Position numbers and translations under genes: made by a program | Part shown: one piece after another, positions 60,531 to 64,000 of the stretch | How the letters are laid out: the number at the start of each line of letters is the position of its first letter | How positions within the stretch are numbered: the first letter of the stretch is position 1 | The notes under the pieces: model-generated | What the model was told of the DNA's origin: nothing | Databases searched by the model: none | The model's input: the letters and a program-made list of their open reading frames with translations, nothing else | DNA from: Torpedo marmorata | Lineage: Eukaryota | DNA: 64,000 nucleotides | Assembly: GCA_977017645.1 (NCBI GenBank) | Contig: OZ360240.1 | Coordinates: forward strand, 33,108,001-33,172,000 | Reading direction: 5' to 3'

Positions 60531-62816
60531 TGTATTCTTTCCCTAGATGCCGAAAAAGCATTTGATAGGATCGAGTGGAGATATCTTTTTTGTGTATTGG
60601 AGAAATTCAACCTAGGTTCCCAATTTGTTAATTGGATTAAATTAATATCCCCGACAGCTTCAATTTTTTTCTAATTCAATTAAATCTAAACCTCAAACTA
60701 TTTCGGGGAACCAGACAGGGTTGTCCTCTAAGTCCACTCTTATTTAATTTGGCTTTGGAGCCACTAGCATTGGCTTTTCAGCAATCAGATAATATTTCAG
60801 GAATCTCTAGAGCTGGAATTATCCATAAAGTATCTCTTTATGCTGATGATCTTCTACTATATATATCCAATCCTGACCATTCAATTCCAAGGATCTTATC
60901 ACTTCTCAATCAATTTGGCCAATTCTCAGGTTACAAATTGAATTTGCAGAAGAGTGAATTATTCCCTTTGGATTCTTCCCGCTCTTTTGATTCCTCAATC
61001 CCTTTTAAAATTGTTAAAAAACAATTTAATTATTTAGGTATTACTATTATTAGAAAGATTACTAACTTGTTTAAGGAAAATTTTCTTACTTTATTGAATC
61101 ATGTTAAGAAATCCTTATCTCGATGACGTTAATAGGGAGGGTTAATATTATTAAGATGAATATCCTGCCTAAGTTCTTGTATGTTTTTCAAGCTGTCCCA
61201 GTATTTGTTCCTAAATATTTTTTTGATTCATTAGACTCAATTATTTCCTATTTTATATGGAAAAATAAGCATCCCCGTTTGAAATTTTTTTCCCTTCAAA
61301 ATACTAAAAGAAACAGGGGCTTGGCATTACCTAATTTGAGAATTTATTACTGGGCAGCGAACATTAGATATATCATTATTTGGATACATCATAATGAATA
61401 TTCAGGTGCCTCAAAATGGATTGATTTAAGAGATTAAATCCATTAAAAGACACTCTCTTATTTCAACACTTGGAGCACATTTGCCTTCTTCGCTCTCCAA
61501 ATTAACTGATAATTTGGTAGTTCGACATACCTTGCGTATTTGGATCCAATTTAGAAAACACTTTGGTTATCATAGATTTTTATTAATTAGTCCAATTTTA
61601 CGTAATTCCTTTTTTTTTTTTACCTTCGGTTCAAGACATTGAATATCTAACCTAGACCATTGAGTATATCCAATCTTTCTTGGACTTATAAATAGACCAA
61701 AACCTTGCCTCTTGAGCAATTATCTGCCAAATTTAAATTACCGAATGAACATTTTTTTTGCTATTACAGATTAGGAGTTTCTTAAACTCCTTAACATTGA
61801 GGCTTCCCCAAGACTTAGATTTTAATCTTATCTGGGAAGTATAATTTTTGACCTACCCGGTAATCAGAAATGACTGCTTTCAGCCCTTTATGAACTACTT
61901 TTAAGATTCAGCGATAGTTCTTTATCTAACATTAAGTTTGGGAACATGACTTTCAACAACTGTTTGCTGAAGATACATGGGAGTCTATTTTGAAAAATGT
62001 ACATTCATCCTCTCTCGTTGCTAGACATTCCTTATTACAATTTAAAGTAGTCCATAGGGCCCACTATTCCAAAGTTCAATTTTATCCTAATATATCCTCT
62101 AAATGTGATAAGTGTACAACTCAGGAAGGTACTTTATATCATATGTTTTGGTTATGTCCCTCCCTTTGTAACTACTGGAAAGAGATATTTAGTACACTAT
62201 CTTTAATTCTTGATATAAATCTGTCTCCGAGCCCTTTTATTGGTATTTTTGGAATGAGTGGACAATAGACTTAATTTTGACTCCATCTCAATCCCATGTA
62301 GTTGCTTTTGCTTCCCTGATTGCTAGAAGGCTCACTTTGCTGCGGTGGAAAGATGTTGTCCCTCCCACGCATACACAATGGTTATTGGATTTGATGAAAT
62401 CCCTCTCTCTGGAGAAAATTAGGTGCTCAACTACTAAAATGAGTATTAAATTTTTTTCTCTTTGGGGTTCTTTTTTCAATTATTTTCAAAATTTATAGAT
62501 CAATTATTTTTGCTTGTTATCAAAAATCTTCTTTATTTTTTTCTCTTTTTCTTCATTTCCTGAACTATTGGAATTGAAATTAGTAGTTGACGCCTGGCTT
62601 AAATAGGAATCTCTCATATAATATGTTGGGGTTAGAAATTAGATTAGTTGTAGATTTTTTTCTTTTTCTTTTTTTTTAAAATCAATAACATGGATCATAT
62701 GTATCTTGTTTACAATTGTTTACTATCTGTAATTTTATTTTACTTTTATCTGAACTTTATCATATGTATCTATGTATTTGATATTATTTTTCTCAAAAAC
62801 CAAAAGATTGAAAAAA
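60531..62816 (+). mobile_element. L1, 5'-truncated in RT and decayed; antisense within the csnk1d intron
   Basis: [47 protein letters not shown]; TSD GAAATTACA at 60522-60530 and 62817-62825. Confidence 0.9.
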
Positions 62817-63334
62817 GAAATTACAAAAATGTTCATGCCTTTTGAACTTGTATTGAAAATTGTTCAAAGAATATTTTAAGTATAAAGATCCAAAAAGAAT
62901 GCTTGCAATAGGAACACAGAAAAAGCCTTTAAATAGAGTATTAACATTTCTTAAATGTAAAAGCAGACTCTCCAAATACATTAAAGATTCACACCTTTAA
63001 ACAATTACAACTTTGTAATAATTAAGTTTAGCGATTTGCAGGTTTCACACACATGCATCTAATATGTTCGATCATGAATAGATTATTAAAAGGCTTAAAG
63101 CATGATGAACATATAAATGCAGATTTGCAGGAAAATGAAATTTTCCCCATTACCTCTGACGAGAAGGCATTTCAGCCTGATGAATACTAACAAATTCCTG
63201 TAAAGTAATATGTGACAACCATAACAACAATGCAACATTTACAGTGACCTCAAGACTATACAGACAGAGCCTTGACCACAACACATCACCACTGTCAACA
63301 TGATCATTTCCAGCAGGGGAGAAAAATTGAACTA

Positions 63335-64000
63335 CCGTATATTTCGGCGTATAAGTCGACCCTTGAAACCCTCAAAAATGTCTCAAAAAACGGGGGTCGA
63401 CTTATATGCTGGATATACTTTTGAGAGCTTAAAATCAGCTCAAAATCCAGTCCACGCCGATTCGGCGTATAAGTCGACCCTTGAAAACACGATTCGGCGT
63501 ATAAGTCGACCCTTGAAAACACGATTCGGCGTATAAGTCGACCCTTGAAAAACAAAAAAAAACCCGACTGCAACAAATTTTCATTGACATTTTTATTGAA
63601 AACAACAAGACATTTAGAACCCTTCAAAATCACTTTCGCTATCATCGTCTGAGGCAAAGATCTCGGCAAGCACATCCGGGGTCTCACTGTTTAAACAGTC
63701 ATCGTACGGGTCTCAGTCTGTATCTGATGAGGCGGCTTCAGCTTCGTCGTCAGTGTCCCACAATAAATCATCTTCCGTACCATCAATTGCACAAGAGATA
63801 CCGCACTTTTTAAATGATTTTATTATAGTCTCTACTTTCACTTTGTCCCATGCCTTGAGCACGAAGTCACACAGCACATCAAGCGATGCAGCACGCATTG
63901 CCCCGCCTTTTGTAAATGATTTTTCTGCACTCGACATCCATGTATTCCACTCTTCACGCACGTGGTCTTTGAATGGCTTGTTCAAGCAGACATCGAGAGG
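63335..64000 (-). mobile_element. Second Passer-like pogo copy (3' part; runs off window end)
   Basis: TA|CCGTATATTTCGGCGTATAAGTCGA; highly similar to 35000-35635; premature TGA replaces the W of DTDWDPY. Confidence 0.93.

Overview
Eukaryotic genomic DNA, most likely from a cartilaginous fish (ray or shark), judged from the repeat content: CR1, HE1/V-SINE, Penelope, Rex1/Babar and fish-type L1. Two host genes are visible. (1) The complete coding region of monocarboxylate transporter 4 (slc16a3) on the + strand, in four coding exons (22170-22392, 27984-28127, 28985-29758, 32567-32838; 1413 nt, 470 aa, ending TPETSV). (2) The last coding exon and 3' UTR of casein kinase 1 delta (csnk1d) on the - strand (59309-59359), tail-to-tail with slc16a3 as in human. 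Much of the rest is transposable elements: the 5' LTR and gag of a young BEL/Pao element nested in a Penelope copy, a Penelope element with a minimal hammerhead ribozyme nested in a Tc1 element, five L1 copies with TSDs, two Passer-type (DD35D) pogo elements, an internally deleted Tigger, a Chapaev3-like element, hAT and Tigger MITEs, solo LTRs, and CR1, Rex1 and SINE fragments. The most unusual observations are a SAP-like motif plus an expanded 11-residue coiled-coil repeat in the BEL gag, two L1 copies with twin-priming 5' inversions, C3U-variant hammerheads, and a GAG splice acceptor in slc16a3. All family assignments come from motif recognition by eye; no database search was run.
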